Shown: piece by piece, positions 1 to 9,354 of the stretch
Layout: each line of letters starts with the position of its first letter
How positions within the stretch are numbered: the stretch's first letter is position 1
From: Bifidobacterium breve
Lineage (GTDB): Bacteria; Actinomycetota; Acidimicrobiia; Acidimicrobiales; Acidimicrobilacustridaceae
Direction: 5' to 3'
NCBI GenBank assembly: GCA_945878645.1
Contig: CAMCTW010000001.1
Span: 4,778 to 68,777, forward strand
DNA: 64,000 nt
Translations under genes and position numbers: made by a program
Notes under the pieces: model-generated
The model's database searches: none
Told to the model about the DNA's origin: nothing
What the model saw: the letters and a program-made list of their open reading frames with translations, nothing else

Positions 1-1152
1 GAGGCCAGCCATCAACATCGCAGCGAAGCCGAGGTACGGATTGCTCGTTGAATCGGGGCAACGGAACTCAATGCGCTTCGACTTCGGGCTTTGCCCAGCA
101 AGCGGGATGCGAATCGAAGCAGAACGGTTGCGCTGGCTGTAAACGAGGTTCACCGGAGCTTCGTAACCCGGCACCAAACGCTTGAACGAGTTCGTGGTGG
201 GGTTGGTGAATGCGATGACTGCAGCGGCGTGATGCAGGATGCCGCCGATGTACCAGCGCGCGATGTCGGAAAGACCGCCGTACCCGGTCTCGCTGTAGAA
301 CAGCGGCTCACCGGAATTCCAGAGCGACATGTGACAATGCATTCCCGAACCGTTGTCCTGGAAGATCGGCTTCGGCATGAAGGTCAGGGACTTGCCAGCC
401 TGCCAAGCGACGTTCTTGAGGACGTACTTAAACGTCATGAGCTGATCGGCCATCGCCAACAGCGTGTTGAACCTGATGCCAATCTCGTTCTGACCGCCCG
501 AGGCGACCTCGTGGTGATGTAGTTCGACGGGGATGCCAACACCTTCGAGCGCCAGCGCCATGTCGCTACGCATGTCTTGGTAGTGATCCATCGGCGGAAC
601 CGGGAAGTACCCCTGCTTGGTGCGGGGCTTGTAGCCGAGGTTCGGGCCCTCGTCGGTGCCGGAGTTCCATTCACCTTCGACGGAGTCGACCATGTAGAAC
701 GAGCCATTGGGCTGCGTGTCGAAACGAACATCGTCGAACACGAAGAACTCGGCCTCGGGACCAAAGAATGCGGTGTCGGCAATGCCAGTGGTCTTGAGGT
801 AGGCCTCGGCCTTGGTTGCGACATAACGCGGATCGCGCGAGTAGCTCTCGTGCGTCACCGGGTCGGCCACGTAACAATGAATGACGGCGGTCTTGTGCTT
901 CATGAACGGATCCATGTACACGGTGTTGGGATCGGCGATAAGCACCATGTCTGATTCCTGGATCTGCTGGAATCCTCGGACTGAAGAGCCATCGAATCCA
1001 TGACCCTCGGTGAAATGACTCTCGCCCAAAACACTGGCAGGAATCGTCACGTGCTGCATGATGCCGGGCAGGTCCGAGAAGCGGAAATCAACGAATTCGC
1101 AGCCTTCGTCCTTCACCAGCTTCAGTACTTCTTCGGGAGTGCGTTCCTGCAC
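1..1152 (-). CDS. glnA: Glutamine synthetase type I (GlnA1); 3' end runs off the window
   Basis: Not in the ORF track; translated by hand from GTG at 1152 (GGAGGA SD upstream): [36 protein letters not shown]...[30 protein letters not shown], classic GSI motifs. Confidence 0.95.
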   Translation of the reverse strand, partial: MQERTPEEVLKLVKDEGCEFVDFRFSDLPGIMQHVTIPASVLGESHFTEGHGFDGSSVRGFQQIQESDMVLIADPNTVYMDPFMKHKTAVIHCYVADPVTHESYSRDPRYVATKAEAYLKTTGIADTAFFGPEAEFFVFDDVRFDTQPNGSFYMVDSVEGEWNSGTDEGPNLGYKPRTKQGYFPVPPMDHYQDMRSDMALALEGVGIPVELHHHEVASGGQNEIGIRFNTLLAMADQLMTFKYVLKNVAWQAGKSLTFMPKPIFQDNGSGMHCHMSLWNSGEPLFYSETGYGGLSDIARWYIGGILHHAAAVIAFTNPTTNSFKRLVPGYEAPVNLVYSQRNRSASIRIPLAGQSPKSKRIEFRCPDSTSNPYLGFAAMLMAGL

Positions 1153-1265
1153 GGTTCCTCCTGTGGGGGTGCGGTCTGGTCGATTCCAGAGCGCTGATCG
1201 TTGGGGACACTACCCCCGGCGCCGCAGCGGTTCCGAAGGGTGACTTGATGAGCGTGTCAGCCGAT

Positions 1266-1305
1266 GTTTTCCCCACTGTTGCCCAATTGTGAACGGAACG
1301 TGAAC
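1266..1305 (-). promoter_or_regulatory. GlnR-box-like array of ~11-bp-spaced half sites between glnA1 and glnA2
   Basis: Minus strand reads TTCAC-n6-TTCAC-n6-GCAAC-n7-AAAAC, resembling the GTnAC-n6-GAAAC GlnR consensus; glnR lies 1.4 kb away. Confidence 0.6.
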
Positions 1306-1366
1306 TCGGCGGCAGCGCCCGGCAACGGCCTTGGGGCCAGAGGGCCCGACGTGGGACACTTGTTCC

Positions 1367-2701
1367 ATGGGAAGTCAGCAAGATTACGTGCTCAGGACCG
1401 TTGAAGAGCGTGGGGTTCGCCTCATCCGTCTGTGGTTCACCGATGTGCTCGGCCAGCTCAAGTCGGTGGCGATCTCGCCGGCCGAGCTTGAGAACGCCTT
1501 CGAAGAGGGTCTCCACTTCGATGGGTCGGTCATCGATGGTTTCAGCCGCGTCCAGGAATCTGACGTACTGGCCAAGCCGGACCCCAACACGTTCGAAATC
1601 CTTCCGTGGGGCAAGGGCTCAGAAATCTCTGGCCGCATGTTCTGCGACATTCTCAACCACGACGACACGCCATTTGAGGGCGATCCTCGTCAGGTACTGA
1701 AGCGCAACCTCGACAAGGCCCATGACCGCGGCTTCTCCTTCATGACTGCACCCGAAATGGAATTCTTTTATTTCGCCGAGGGTGACCCTTCGAAGCCGCT
1801 AGTGCCATTGGACTCCGGCTCATACTTCGATCTCACCACTGCCGATGTCGCCAGCGATCTGCGCACGCGCACATTGCTGGTTCTTGAAGCCATGGGTATT
1901 CCCGTCGAGTATTCGTTCCACGAAGATGCACCGAGCCAGCACGAAATCGATCTGCGTTACACCGATGCACTCACGATGGCCGACAACATCATGACGTTCC
2001 GTCTCATCGTCAAAGAGATCGCGATGGAACAAGGCGTGTTTGCATCATTCATGCCAAAGCCACTTGCCGGAGTGCAGGGTTCAGGCATGCATACGCATAT
2101 GTCGCTTTTCGAGGGCGATGAGAACGCGTTCCACGAGCCCGGCGATCCCGTTGGCTTGTCAAAGGTTGCACGCGGTTTCATTGCCGGCTTGTTGCACCAC
2201 GCACCAGAAATCACTGCGGTCACAAACCAACTCGTGAACTCCTACAAGCGACTTGTCTCTGGTTACGAAGCCCCCGTGTACATCACGTGGGCGCGAAACA
2301 ATCAGTCTGCGCTCGTGCGTGTTCCTGTCACCAAGCGCGGCAAGCAGTCATCGACCCGCATCGAATACCGCGCCCCCGATCCCGCATGTAACCCATACCT
2401 GGCCTACTCGGTCATGCTTGCTGCGGGACTCAAGGGCATCGAAGGTGGCTACGAACTACCGCCTGAGGCTGCCGCCAATGTGTTCGAGTTCACTCCCGAA
2501 CAACGCGCCGCTGAGGGCATCCGACCGCTCCCGCAATCGTTGTCGGAATCGCTTGATGTTATGGAAAATTCCGAACTCGTTGCTGAAGCACTCGGCGAAC
2601 ACATCTTTGAATGGTTCCTGCGCAATAAGCGCTCGGAATGGAGCGATTACAAGGCTCAGGTCACCCAGTTCGAACTCGATCGGTACCTGCCGGCTTGGTA
2701 A
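1367..2701 (+). CDS. glnA2: Glutamine synthetase-family protein (GlnA2-like)
   Basis: MGSQQDYVLRTVEERGVRLIRLWFTDVLGQLKS, FDGSVIDG, HEDAPSQHEI, FMPKP, GSGMHTH, RIEYRAPD; ATG 1367 lies 6 nt after GACACT (leaderless-like). Confidence 0.92.
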   Translation: MGSQQDYVLRTVEERGVRLIRLWFTDVLGQLKSVAISPAELENAFEEGLHFDGSVIDGFSRVQESDVLAKPDPNTFEILPWGKGSEISGRMFCDILNHDDTPFEGDPRQVLKRNLDKAHDRGFSFMTAPEMEFFYFAEGDPSKPLVPLDSGSYFDLTTADVASDLRTRTLLVLEAMGIPVEYSFHEDAPSQHEIDLRYTDALTMADNIMTFRLIVKEIAMEQGVFASFMPKPLAGVQGSGMHTHMSLFEGDENAFHEPGDPVGLSKVARGFIAGLLHHAPEITAVTNQLVNSYKRLVSGYEAPVYITWARNNQSALVRVPVTKRGKQSSTRIEYRAPDPACNPYLAYSVMLAAGLKGIEGGYELPPEAAANVFEFTPEQRAAEGIRPLPQSLSESLDVMENSELVAEALGEHIFEWFLRNKRSEWSDYKAQVTQFELDRYLPAW

Positions 2702-2706
2702 CGACG

Positions 2707-3387
2707 ATGGAACCAATCCTGATCTTTCCTGATCCTCCTCCGCCGGAACTGGCCCAGGCACTCGACTTGTCTGGTTATCCGTGGAAGGCAGCAAGTGACG
2801 AACTTGCTGCCTCGCGCATCGAACCGGAGGACGGTTGGGGAGGCGCGATTATCTGCGCCTATCTCGACCCAGAGCGCGCATTCCTTTTGTGCCGAGCACT
2901 GCGCAAGCGCGATGTGCCGCTCGAACCACTTTTGTTACTCGTCAACGGCACCCAACTCGGCGATCTTGAGTTGCGTGATGACTTATACGACGACTTCTGT
3001 CTTGCTCCGTTTCATCCACGTGAACTCGAAGCACGGCTCAAGCACTTGTACTGGAACACCGGCGCTGGCATGCGTCCAGAACTTGTTGAGTACGGCGAAC
3101 TTGTTCTTAATCTCGAGACCTATCAGGCAGCCATCGGTGGCGCACCGCTCGATCTCACATACATGGAATACGAACTTCTTAAGTTTCTTTCCTCCAACCC
3201 AGGCAAGGTCTTCACTCGTGAAACGTTGCTGAGTCGAGTGTGGGGTTACGAGTACTACGGCGGCGCGCGAACTGTCGACGTTCACATTCGGCGTTTGCGC
3301 GCCAAGCTCGGCGAACATCACGCCAACCTCATTCAAACCGTACGCAGTGTTGGTTATCGCTTTGGGCAATCGCGTTGGGGTTCGTGA
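2707..3387 (+). CDS. glnR: Orphan OmpR-family nitrogen regulator GlnR
   Basis: C-terminal LDLTYMEYELLKFL...VWGYEYYGGARTVDVHIRRLRAKLG is GlnR-like; directly follows glnA2; atypical receiver domain. Confidence 0.85.
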   Translation: MEPILIFPDPPPPELAQALDLSGYPWKAASDELAASRIEPEDGWGGAIICAYLDPERAFLLCRALRKRDVPLEPLLLLVNGTQLGDLELRDDLYDDFCLAPFHPRELEARLKHLYWNTGAGMRPELVEYGELVLNLETYQAAIGGAPLDLTYMEYELLKFLSSNPGKVFTRETLLSRVWGYEYYGGARTVDVHIRRLRAKLGEHHANLIQTVRSVGYRFGQSRWGS

Positions 3388-3426
3388 GTACGTTCACGCA
3401 CCGCATCAACAACTGAGATGAAAACG

Positions 3427-3456
3427 AAACACGCCGCCCCGAGGGGCGGCGTGTTT
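3427..3456. terminator. Bidirectional intrinsic terminator between glnR and cspA
   Basis: AAACACGCCGCCCC-GA-GGGGCGGCGTGTTT perfect inverted repeat between convergent genes. Confidence 0.8.
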
Positions 3457-3473
3457 ACGAAACTGATGTGGTC

Positions 3474-3674
3474 TCAGGCCGGACGAACGTCCTGTGCCTG
3501 ATCGCCCTTCGGGCCACTTGTGACCTCGAATTCAACAGCTTGACCTTCTTCGAGTGAGCGGTAACCCGAGCCGCTGATCGCGCTGTAATGCACGAATACG
3601 TCTGGGCCTCCTTCACGTGAAATGAAGCCGAAGCCTTTTTCTGCGTTGAACCACTTGACGGTACCGGCAGCCAT
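3474..3674 (-). CDS. cspA: Cold-shock protein
   Basis: [18 protein letters not shown]...DVFVHYSAI (RNP1/RNP2 motifs). Confidence 0.95.
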   Translation of the reverse strand: MAAGTVKWFNAEKGFGFISREGGPDVFVHYSAISGSGYRSLEEGQAVEFEVTSGPKGDQAQDVRPA

Positions 3675-3827
3675 TCCGGAACCCCTTTCTGTCCTGCGGG
3701 GTCGGAACACCTTCCCAGCACCTTCTTAACGAATCGGCACGCTATCGCTCTAGGCCAGTCCGTGTCGACGAAAAGTTTCAGGGGCGCGAAAAGTTCGTCT
3801 CGAGCCAGAGAAAGCGGCGTCGTGCAG

Positions 3828-3995
3828 TCAGGATTCGGGGTAAGCGAGGACGTAGTCCTCGGTGCCGGCATAGGTGTGGTCGACCTCGTCGCCAACGGTC
3901 CAGCCCAGCACAGCCGCCACGATCGACATCGTCATGAGAAACCCCACAGGGATTGCGATCAGGAGCACGAGCACGATGATGACGGCACCAATCAT
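3828..3995 (-). CDS. Small membrane protein of unknown function (55 aa)
   Basis: MIGAVIIVLVLLIAIPVGFLMTMSIVAAVLGWTVG then an acidic tail; TAGGGT 7 nt upstream of the ATG. Confidence 0.65.
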   Translation of the reverse strand: MIGAVIIVLVLLIAIPVGFLMTMSIVAAVLGWTVGDEVDHTYAGTEDYVLAYPES

Positions 3996-4005
3996 GAGAC
4001 AAACC

Positions 4006-4362
4006 CTACTTCGCGACCGGCGAGTAAGCCCACGCTTCGATCTCAACAAGGGCCAGGCGAGGAAGCTCAGCCACGGCAAAGGCGCTTCGGGCGGGACGAT
4101 GATCGCCGAACCCGGCCATGTAGGCCTCGTTCATCAGGTCAAAGTCCCGCATGTGGCGAAGGAAGACAGTGGTCTTCACCACATCCGCAAGCGATGCGCC
4201 TTGCGCCGTCAAAAGTGCCTTCATGTTGAGAAGAGCTTGGGTTGTCTCTTCGACAACGCCGCCCACAACCATCTCGCCATTCACCAGGCCGAGTTGACCG
4301 GAAATCACAAGGAAGTCTCCGGCTCGAACAATGGGCGTGTAGGGACCAATCGGTGTACTCAT
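4006..4362 (-). CDS. RidA/YjgF family enamine deaminase
   Basis: PIGPYTP, ISGQLG, VVKTTVFL, MNEAY, RPARSA, LVEIEA. Confidence 0.92.
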   Translation of the reverse strand: MSTPIGPYTPIVRAGDFLVISGQLGLVNGEMVVGGVVEETTQALLNMKALLTAQGASLADVVKTTVFLRHMRDFDLMNEAYMAGFGDHRPARSAFAVAELPRLALVEIEAWAYSPVAK

Positions 4363-4366
4363 GAAC

Positions 4367-6010
4367 TCACTGTGTCACACGAGCATTGCTGAGAACACTG
4401 CGACCAGTCGGCCAGTCAGTTGGCCAACCTTGAGCCGACCACACCGCTGCCGCCGTGGCCGCGAAGACGGCATCGGACCCATTGACCGGCTCCGTATCTT
4501 CCTCGTGAAGCGTGACCTCGACATGCGGCATATCGGCAGAACGCAGCACACCGAATGAACGAATCGTCAGATCACTAATCATTCCGTCTTCATCAACCGA
4601 CAATCCTTCGCTGGTGACCCAGCCAAGCGCCATGTGCACTGCACCGATCGCGTACGAACGCAGAACGATGGAATCGAGTACTCGACCACATCGCAAATCA
4701 ACTCGCACGATGCCATCGGCACCCATCGAAACTGTGGCAACCGCCCCTTCGGCACTCGTCACCGTTGCGATGTGAGCATTGTTGTCGCCTGATTCACTCG
4801 CGTTCTTGGCGGCAAGCGCAGCAAGCAGGATCTGTGCTTCAACAACACCGGCTCCACGGATATCTACCGAGGTCGGTGGCCCAACAACGTCGACCTCTTC
4901 AACCATAAATTGCGGCGCAATGTTCGTAATCGCTTCGGCAATGCCTTCCGTGCGTGCGACACGAATTACACCTGAGCCATCGGCACGGACGCCCGCAGCA
5001 ATCGGTGGACGCTTGGGTCCGTCGCGCACAACGTCTTCTCGTGACAACACCACACGAATCGCTTGGCGATGTTCATAGGCAAGCTCACGAGCAACCTGTC
5101 CGACATCGGTGGTCAACTTTCCGCCAAATGCTCCGCCGTTGGCCAACGATGTGAACGGTTCCCCTCCGGGCTCACACCACGACGCGTCGGTTTCCAAATA
5201 GGCCGGTTCCACCCAACCGGTTCGCATCGTGAGTTCCCAGTCTCCTTCAGGAAGCTCAAGCGGCGGCTCTGGCGATGTGGTTCCGTGTCGCCCTTGCACC
5301 TTGCCCGCCAACGCACGAGCTTCGGTTAACGAACCGGCGACGACCCATCCGCCGGCTCCGTTGGGAACGGCGACTAACGCATCGAGCGGCGCCGTGTCTT
5401 CAGCGAAACCTCCACGCCCAAGCGCAACTTCGGCGGAAACCTGCTGCGCTGATCGGCCTTCGATCGTTGCCCGGCGCGATGCATCCTCGAAATTACGATC
5501 CTCGCGGCGTTCATGTTCCACAACCGAGGAACCGCTCACCACCATCGACCACGCTTCTCGGATTGTTTGCCACCCCGTGCATCGACACAGATGCGCTGCC
5601 AACGCCCGGTCGACTGCATCAAGATCATCAGCTGCTGTGTTTTTCGATCGTAAACCTTCAAGGCGACAAACGATGCCCGGCGTACAGAATCCGCACTGGC
5701 TGCCGCCGGTGGCCAGCAACGCGTCGGACCAACGTTCGCGATCTTCTTCCGCCAGTCCATCAACAGTCGTAATGACACGACCAGCAATACGACGAACTGG
5801 TGTTACGCATGAAACTCGTGGAGCGCCGTCGACCAAAACCGTGCAACAGCCGCATTGCCCCTGCGGATTACAACCCGCTTTGGGCGCACGAACTCCGAGT
5901 CGACCGCGCAATGCCGCCAACAACGACACGCCATTGTCGGGAACGCTCACTTCTTCGCCATCGACGAAGAACGTGATCTGAGGAATTTCGATTGAAGTTG
6001 GATCAGTCAT
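4367..6010 (-). CDS. 2x[2Fe-2S] domain fused to a strongly reduced xanthine/aldehyde-dehydrogenase-type molybdopterin domain
   Basis: GCNPQGQCGCC...VSC and QCGFCTPG...CRCTG Fe-S motifs; C-terminal half has EPAYLE, GGAFGGK, DIRGAG. Confidence 0.8.
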   Translation of the reverse strand: MTDPTSIEIPQITFFVDGEEVSVPDNGVSLLAALRGRLGVRAPKAGCNPQGQCGCCTVLVDGAPRVSCVTPVRRIAGRVITTVDGLAEEDRERWSDALLATGGSQCGFCTPGIVCRLEGLRSKNTAADDLDAVDRALAAHLCRCTGWQTIREAWSMVVSGSSVVEHERREDRNFEDASRRATIEGRSAQQVSAEVALGRGGFAEDTAPLDALVAVPNGAGGWVVAGSLTEARALAGKVQGRHGTTSPEPPLELPEGDWELTMRTGWVEPAYLETDASWCEPGGEPFTSLANGGAFGGKLTTDVGQVARELAYEHRQAIRVVLSREDVVRDGPKRPPIAAGVRADGSGVIRVARTEGIAEAITNIAPQFMVEEVDVVGPPTSVDIRGAGVVEAQILLAALAAKNASESGDNNAHIATVTSAEGAVATVSMGADGIVRVDLRCGRVLDSIVLRSYAIGAVHMALGWVTSEGLSVDEDGMISDLTIRSFGVLRSADMPHVEVTLHEEDTEPVNGSDAVFAATAAAVWSAQGWPTDWPTGRSVLSNARVTQ

Positions 6011-6054
6011 GACATCGCGATCGAATCATTGATCGAAAACCTAGGGGTTACGCG

Positions 6055-6082
6055 ACGACGACCGCCCGAAGGCGGTCGTCGT
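6055..6082 (-). terminator. Hairpin downstream of erpA
   Basis: ACGACGACCGCC-TTCG-GGCGGTCGTCGT on the minus strand (12-bp stem, cUUCGg loop); weak U-tail. Confidence 0.65.
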
Positions 6083-6101
6083 TCAGAAAGTGAAAGCAGA
6101 A

Positions 6102-6422
6102 TCAGCTGAACGAGTTACCGCAGCCACACGTCTTCTGGGCGTTGGGATTGTCGATCGCGAAACCTGCACCCTGGAGGCCATCCTTGTAATCAAGGGTGGC
6201 GCCGGTGAGCAGCTGAGCGCTTGAAGGATCGACCACAACGGGAACGCCGAACTCGGTGTTCACAACATCTTCGGAATCCTTCTCGGAATCGAAGAACATC
6301 TCGTAACTAAAGCCGCTGCAGCCACCAGGACGGACAGCGACGCGCAACATGAGGTCTTCCTGACCTTCTTGAGCAATGAGTTCCGCAACCTTGGTAGAAG
6401 CGGTTTCGGTGAGCGTGATCAC
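6102..6422 (-). CDS. erpA: A-type Fe-S carrier protein (ErpA/IscA/SufA family)
   Basis: ITLTETA, LRVAVRPGGCSGFSY, NPNAQKTCGCGNSF; GTG start with GGAGGT SD. Confidence 0.92.
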   Translation of the reverse strand: MITLTETASTKVAELIAQEGQEDLMLRVAVRPGGCSGFSYEMFFDSEKDSEDVVNTEFGVPVVVDPSSAQLLTGATLDYKDGLQGAGFAIDNPNAQKTCGCGNSFS

Positions 6423-6528
6423 TGTGGACCTCCGTGATAAAGCGGTGTTTGCAGAAAGGTTAGCGGAGCCGTGGCAAGTTCCCACGATGAGGAGGGCCAA
6501 CCGCTGTTTCCGCCGGTAGATTTCTGCT

Positions 6529-7701
6529 ATGGCCACCCTTCCCACGAGCGACGAGATCCTCACCGCGCTTCGTGGCGTTATCGATCCTGAGTTGGGCGCT
6601 GACATCGTGGAACTGGGCATGGCCCGGTCAGCAACGGTGTCCGAGGCCGGCGCAGCGGTGGTTGTTGTGGCTCTCACTACGGCCGGCTGCCCTCTGAAAG
6701 CGCAACTCAAGCGCGAGATTCTGACCCGCATCGAAGCTCTCCCGGGCATTACCTCGGCCACCATTGACTGGGCCGAGATGGATGCCGATCAGAAGGCGGC
6801 GGCCATGAACGTCGCCCGCAAGCACGCGCAATCTTCTGCCGGTCCCAACCGAGTGCCGCCAGGTGCCCGCGTGCTGGCCATCGCTTCGGGCAAAGGTGGC
6901 GTCGGCAAGTCGTCGGTGACCGCGAACATTGCCGCCGCACTCGCCGACCGGGGTTTCGCCGTTGGCGTCATTGATGCCGACATTTGGGGTTTCTCAATTC
7001 CGCGCATGCTCGGTATTGAAGGTCGCCTCGAGGCAACAACGGGGCCCAACGAAGAACGCACAATCATTCCGAAGTCGATTCCCATCGGCACCGGTCGTCT
7101 TGATGTCGTGTCCATGGGATTACTTGTTGACGATGAAACCGACGCGCTCATGTGGCGCGGACTCATTTTGAATCGTGCCGTGCAGCACTTCCTCGAAGAC
7201 GTTTCGTGGGCCAGCGATCTCGACTACATCGTCGTCGACCTTCCGCCCGGCACTGGCGACGTGCAAATGGGGTTGGCCCGCATGCTTCCGCAAGCGGAGA
7301 TGATCGTTGTCACCACTCCTGCGGTCGGCGCACAACGGGTTGCAACTCGTGCCGTCACCATGGCCCGCAAAAGCCATCTTCATGTTCTCGGCGTTATCGA
7401 AAATATGAGCGCATTCACCTGCGAGCACGGCCACACGCACGCCGTATTCGGTGAAGGGGGAGGCGCCAGGCTGGCTGCCGACGAGGGCCTTCCGCTCCTT
7501 GGTTGCATTCCTCTTGAACCCGCCGTTTCTCTAGGCGGCGATTCCGGTGCACCCATCGTGCTCAGCGAAGGCGAAGCGTCATCGGCCCTTCGGGCAATCA
7601 CTGAACTACTTGTGACTGAACTAGCTCCGCCGATTTCGATGAGCGGTTGTTCAGCTCGAATGCTCGACGCAGCCCTTGCCGCGCTCGATGCAACTAATTG
7701 A
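6529..7701 (+). CDS. mrp: Mrp/ApbC/NBP35 Fe-S scaffold ATPase with N-terminal DUF59-type domain
   Basis: VIDPELG...LTTAGCPL; SGKGGVGKS; DADIWG; DLPPGTGD; ENMS. Confidence 0.92.
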   Translation: MATLPTSDEILTALRGVIDPELGADIVELGMARSATVSEAGAAVVVVALTTAGCPLKAQLKREILTRIEALPGITSATIDWAEMDADQKAAAMNVARKHAQSSAGPNRVPPGARVLAIASGKGGVGKSSVTANIAAALADRGFAVGVIDADIWGFSIPRMLGIEGRLEATTGPNEERTIIPKSIPIGTGRLDVVSMGLLVDDETDALMWRGLILNRAVQHFLEDVSWASDLDYIVVDLPPGTGDVQMGLARMLPQAEMIVVTTPAVGAQRVATRAVTMARKSHLHVLGVIENMSAFTCEHGHTHAVFGEGGGARLAADEGLPLLGCIPLEPAVSLGGDSGAPIVLSEGEASSALRAITELLVTELAPPISMSGCSARMLDAALAALDATN

Positions 7702-7716
7702 TTCGCTAACCAGCAA

Positions 7717-8562
7717 TCAGCGCAGTGACGTGACCTGTGCGGTCATGTGCACGGTTTCAGCATCGGTTGACCACAACGCGAGTTCGAGAACCTCGTTCGC
7801 CACTCGATACGCAATCGTCAACGGCATCGCGCCAATAACCACGTCGTAATCAATTGCATTGCGAAATTCAACTTCCGCGCGCAATGAACCAGCCGTATCG
7901 AGGTCGATGAGTTCGCGGGCACGCACGCGCTCGAGCGTTTGTTCCACAACTTCCCATGACACTGCATTGTTGACGTGATTAAGAACATCAAGATCGGTGA
8001 CTCGCGGCCACCACGGCAGCGTGTGCACCCCGTCGTCGCCAGGAACCACGGGATCATGCACTTGGCGGGCGGTGACTTCGCGACCGCCCGAAGGTTCGGT
8101 GTAGGTCGCGACAAACCCAGCGGGCAAGGTCTTCGGACGACCGGACACGGGGTCGAGATGCACCCATAAGGTCACCGCTTCCACCGAACCGCCGTGCTCT
8201 CCGGTCATTGACACGCGGCGTTCCGCCCAGCGGCTGCCCATTCCCGAACAGAACGTGGCCAGCGAAACGTCTTCGCTATTTCGCATCGCTTTGCGTTGTT
8301 CGATCAATGTGCGCCGAACTACCCAGGCCCGGGTCTCGAGGCTGCCGAGGTCATCGGAATCGTCAGTGGCGACGTCTTGGAGATAGCGGGCCACCGCATC
8401 GAGGCGAAGACGGCCAGTGGCATCGACATCGCCCAACCGCACTCTTCGTTCGCGCCGAAAAATCCGGCCCGAAGTCGGTAGAGGCAGTACTCGGCTGGCC
8501 CCGTTTTCGCGCTCAGATCGCCGGGTTGAGCCCTGTCCCGCCGCCGAATCCGCGTTTCCCAT
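7717..8562 (-). CDS. Acyl-ACP thioesterase (double hot-dog fold)
   Basis: VRLGDVD...ARYLQDVA, WVVRRT, DLDVLNHVNN; start placed 8 nt after TAGCGT. Confidence 0.85.
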   Translation of the reverse strand: MGNADSAAGQGSTRRSERENGASRVLPLPTSGRIFRRERRVRLGDVDATGRLRLDAVARYLQDVATDDSDDLGSLETRAWVVRRTLIEQRKAMRNSEDVSLATFCSGMGSRWAERRVSMTGEHGGSVEAVTLWVHLDPVSGRPKTLPAGFVATYTEPSGGREVTARQVHDPVVPGDDGVHTLPWWPRVTDLDVLNHVNNAVSWEVVEQTLERVRARELIDLDTAGSLRAEVEFRNAIDYDVVIGAMPLTIAYRVANEVLELALWSTDAETVHMTAQVTSLR

Positions 8563-8610
8563 GACCAGCGACGCTAGCCCCCGATCCCTTGGCAGGAACG
8601 GGAATAGGCC

Positions 8611-8657
8611 AATTTCCATTAATTCAGTTGACGGGGCCACTACAGGCATGGTTCGGT
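8611..8657 (+). promoter_or_regulatory. Putative WhiB7-dependent promoter (AT tract, TTGACG -35, weak -10)
   Basis: AATTTCCATTAATT immediately 5' of TTGACG (8628-8633); TTCGGT 18 nt later, 7 nt before the uORF ATG. Confidence 0.5.
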
Positions 8658-8664
8658 GGAGTTC

Positions 8665-8829
8665 ATGTTCACGACCGCCTCCGCACCGCGTAATTCGGCC
8701 ATTCCGGCCACCCTCGCGCCTGTGGCATCGCGAGCCAACGTGACCATTTCCGCCACTTGGTATGCCACCGGGACCAACGCTTTTACGACCTTCGGTCATA
8801 AGCACCCGTCCCGGCGATCTCTGAGCTGA
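8665..8829 (+). CDS. whiB7 leader peptide (uORF, 54 aa)
   Basis: Below the ORF-track cutoff; MFTTASAPRNSAIPATLAPVASRANVTISATWYATGTNAFTTFGHKHPSRRSLS*, followed by a terminator and then whiB7. Confidence 0.65.
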   Translation: MFTTASAPRNSAIPATLAPVASRANVTISATWYATGTNAFTTFGHKHPSRRSLS

Positions 8830-8856
8830 CGCAGTAACCACTGCGTACATGCACTG

Positions 8857-8887
8857 AGGCCGCCGGGTTCCCCCGGCGGCCTTTCTT
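8857..8887 (+). terminator. Attenuator terminator in the whiB7 leader
   Basis: AGGCCGCCGGG-TTCC-CCCGGCGGCCT-TTCTT. Confidence 0.8.
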
Positions 8888-8989
8888 CATGTGCGGCCAC
8901 GCCCCATCCACCAACTTCCATCCACCTACGCCTGTCCCTCAACTCCCCACCCCAATGCACCACGGTGCACCCACGAAAGGAATGAACCG

Positions 8990-9334
8990 ATGCTCGCCGA
9001 GACGCTCGACGACATCTCACCGGCCGTCAGGGCCGACGCCGCATGCAACGACCTCAATGCAACGTTGACCGGCGTCTATTTCTCTGAAGAGCTCCAGGAC
9101 ATCGCCATCGCCAAGTCGATCTGTTCGACCTGTCCGGTGATCGTCGAGTGTCTCGAAGGGGCGATTGAGCGCCACGAGCCATGGGGCGTGTGGGGTGGAC
9201 AAATGTTCATCAACGGAAAGATCCTCGCCACCAAGCGTCGCCGCGGCCGCCCGCCGAAGCTCGCTCGAGTCGAGGATGAGCTGCCCGACATCCCCGTGCC
9301 GGTGCATCTTCAGTCCTGGTTGCGCTCCGCCTAG
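8990..9334 (+). CDS. whiB7: WhiB7/WblC Fe-S transcriptional activator
   Basis: C...CxxC...C, EPWGVWGG turn and C-terminal AT-hook RRGRPPK; GAAAGGA SD. Confidence 0.88.
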   Translation: MLAETLDDISPAVRADAACNDLNATLTGVYFSEELQDIAIAKSICSTCPVIVECLEGAIERHEPWGVWGGQMFINGKILATKRRRGRPPKLARVEDELPDIPVPVHLQSWLRSA

Positions 9335-9354
9335 CAACCACCTGCCCGCAGCCG

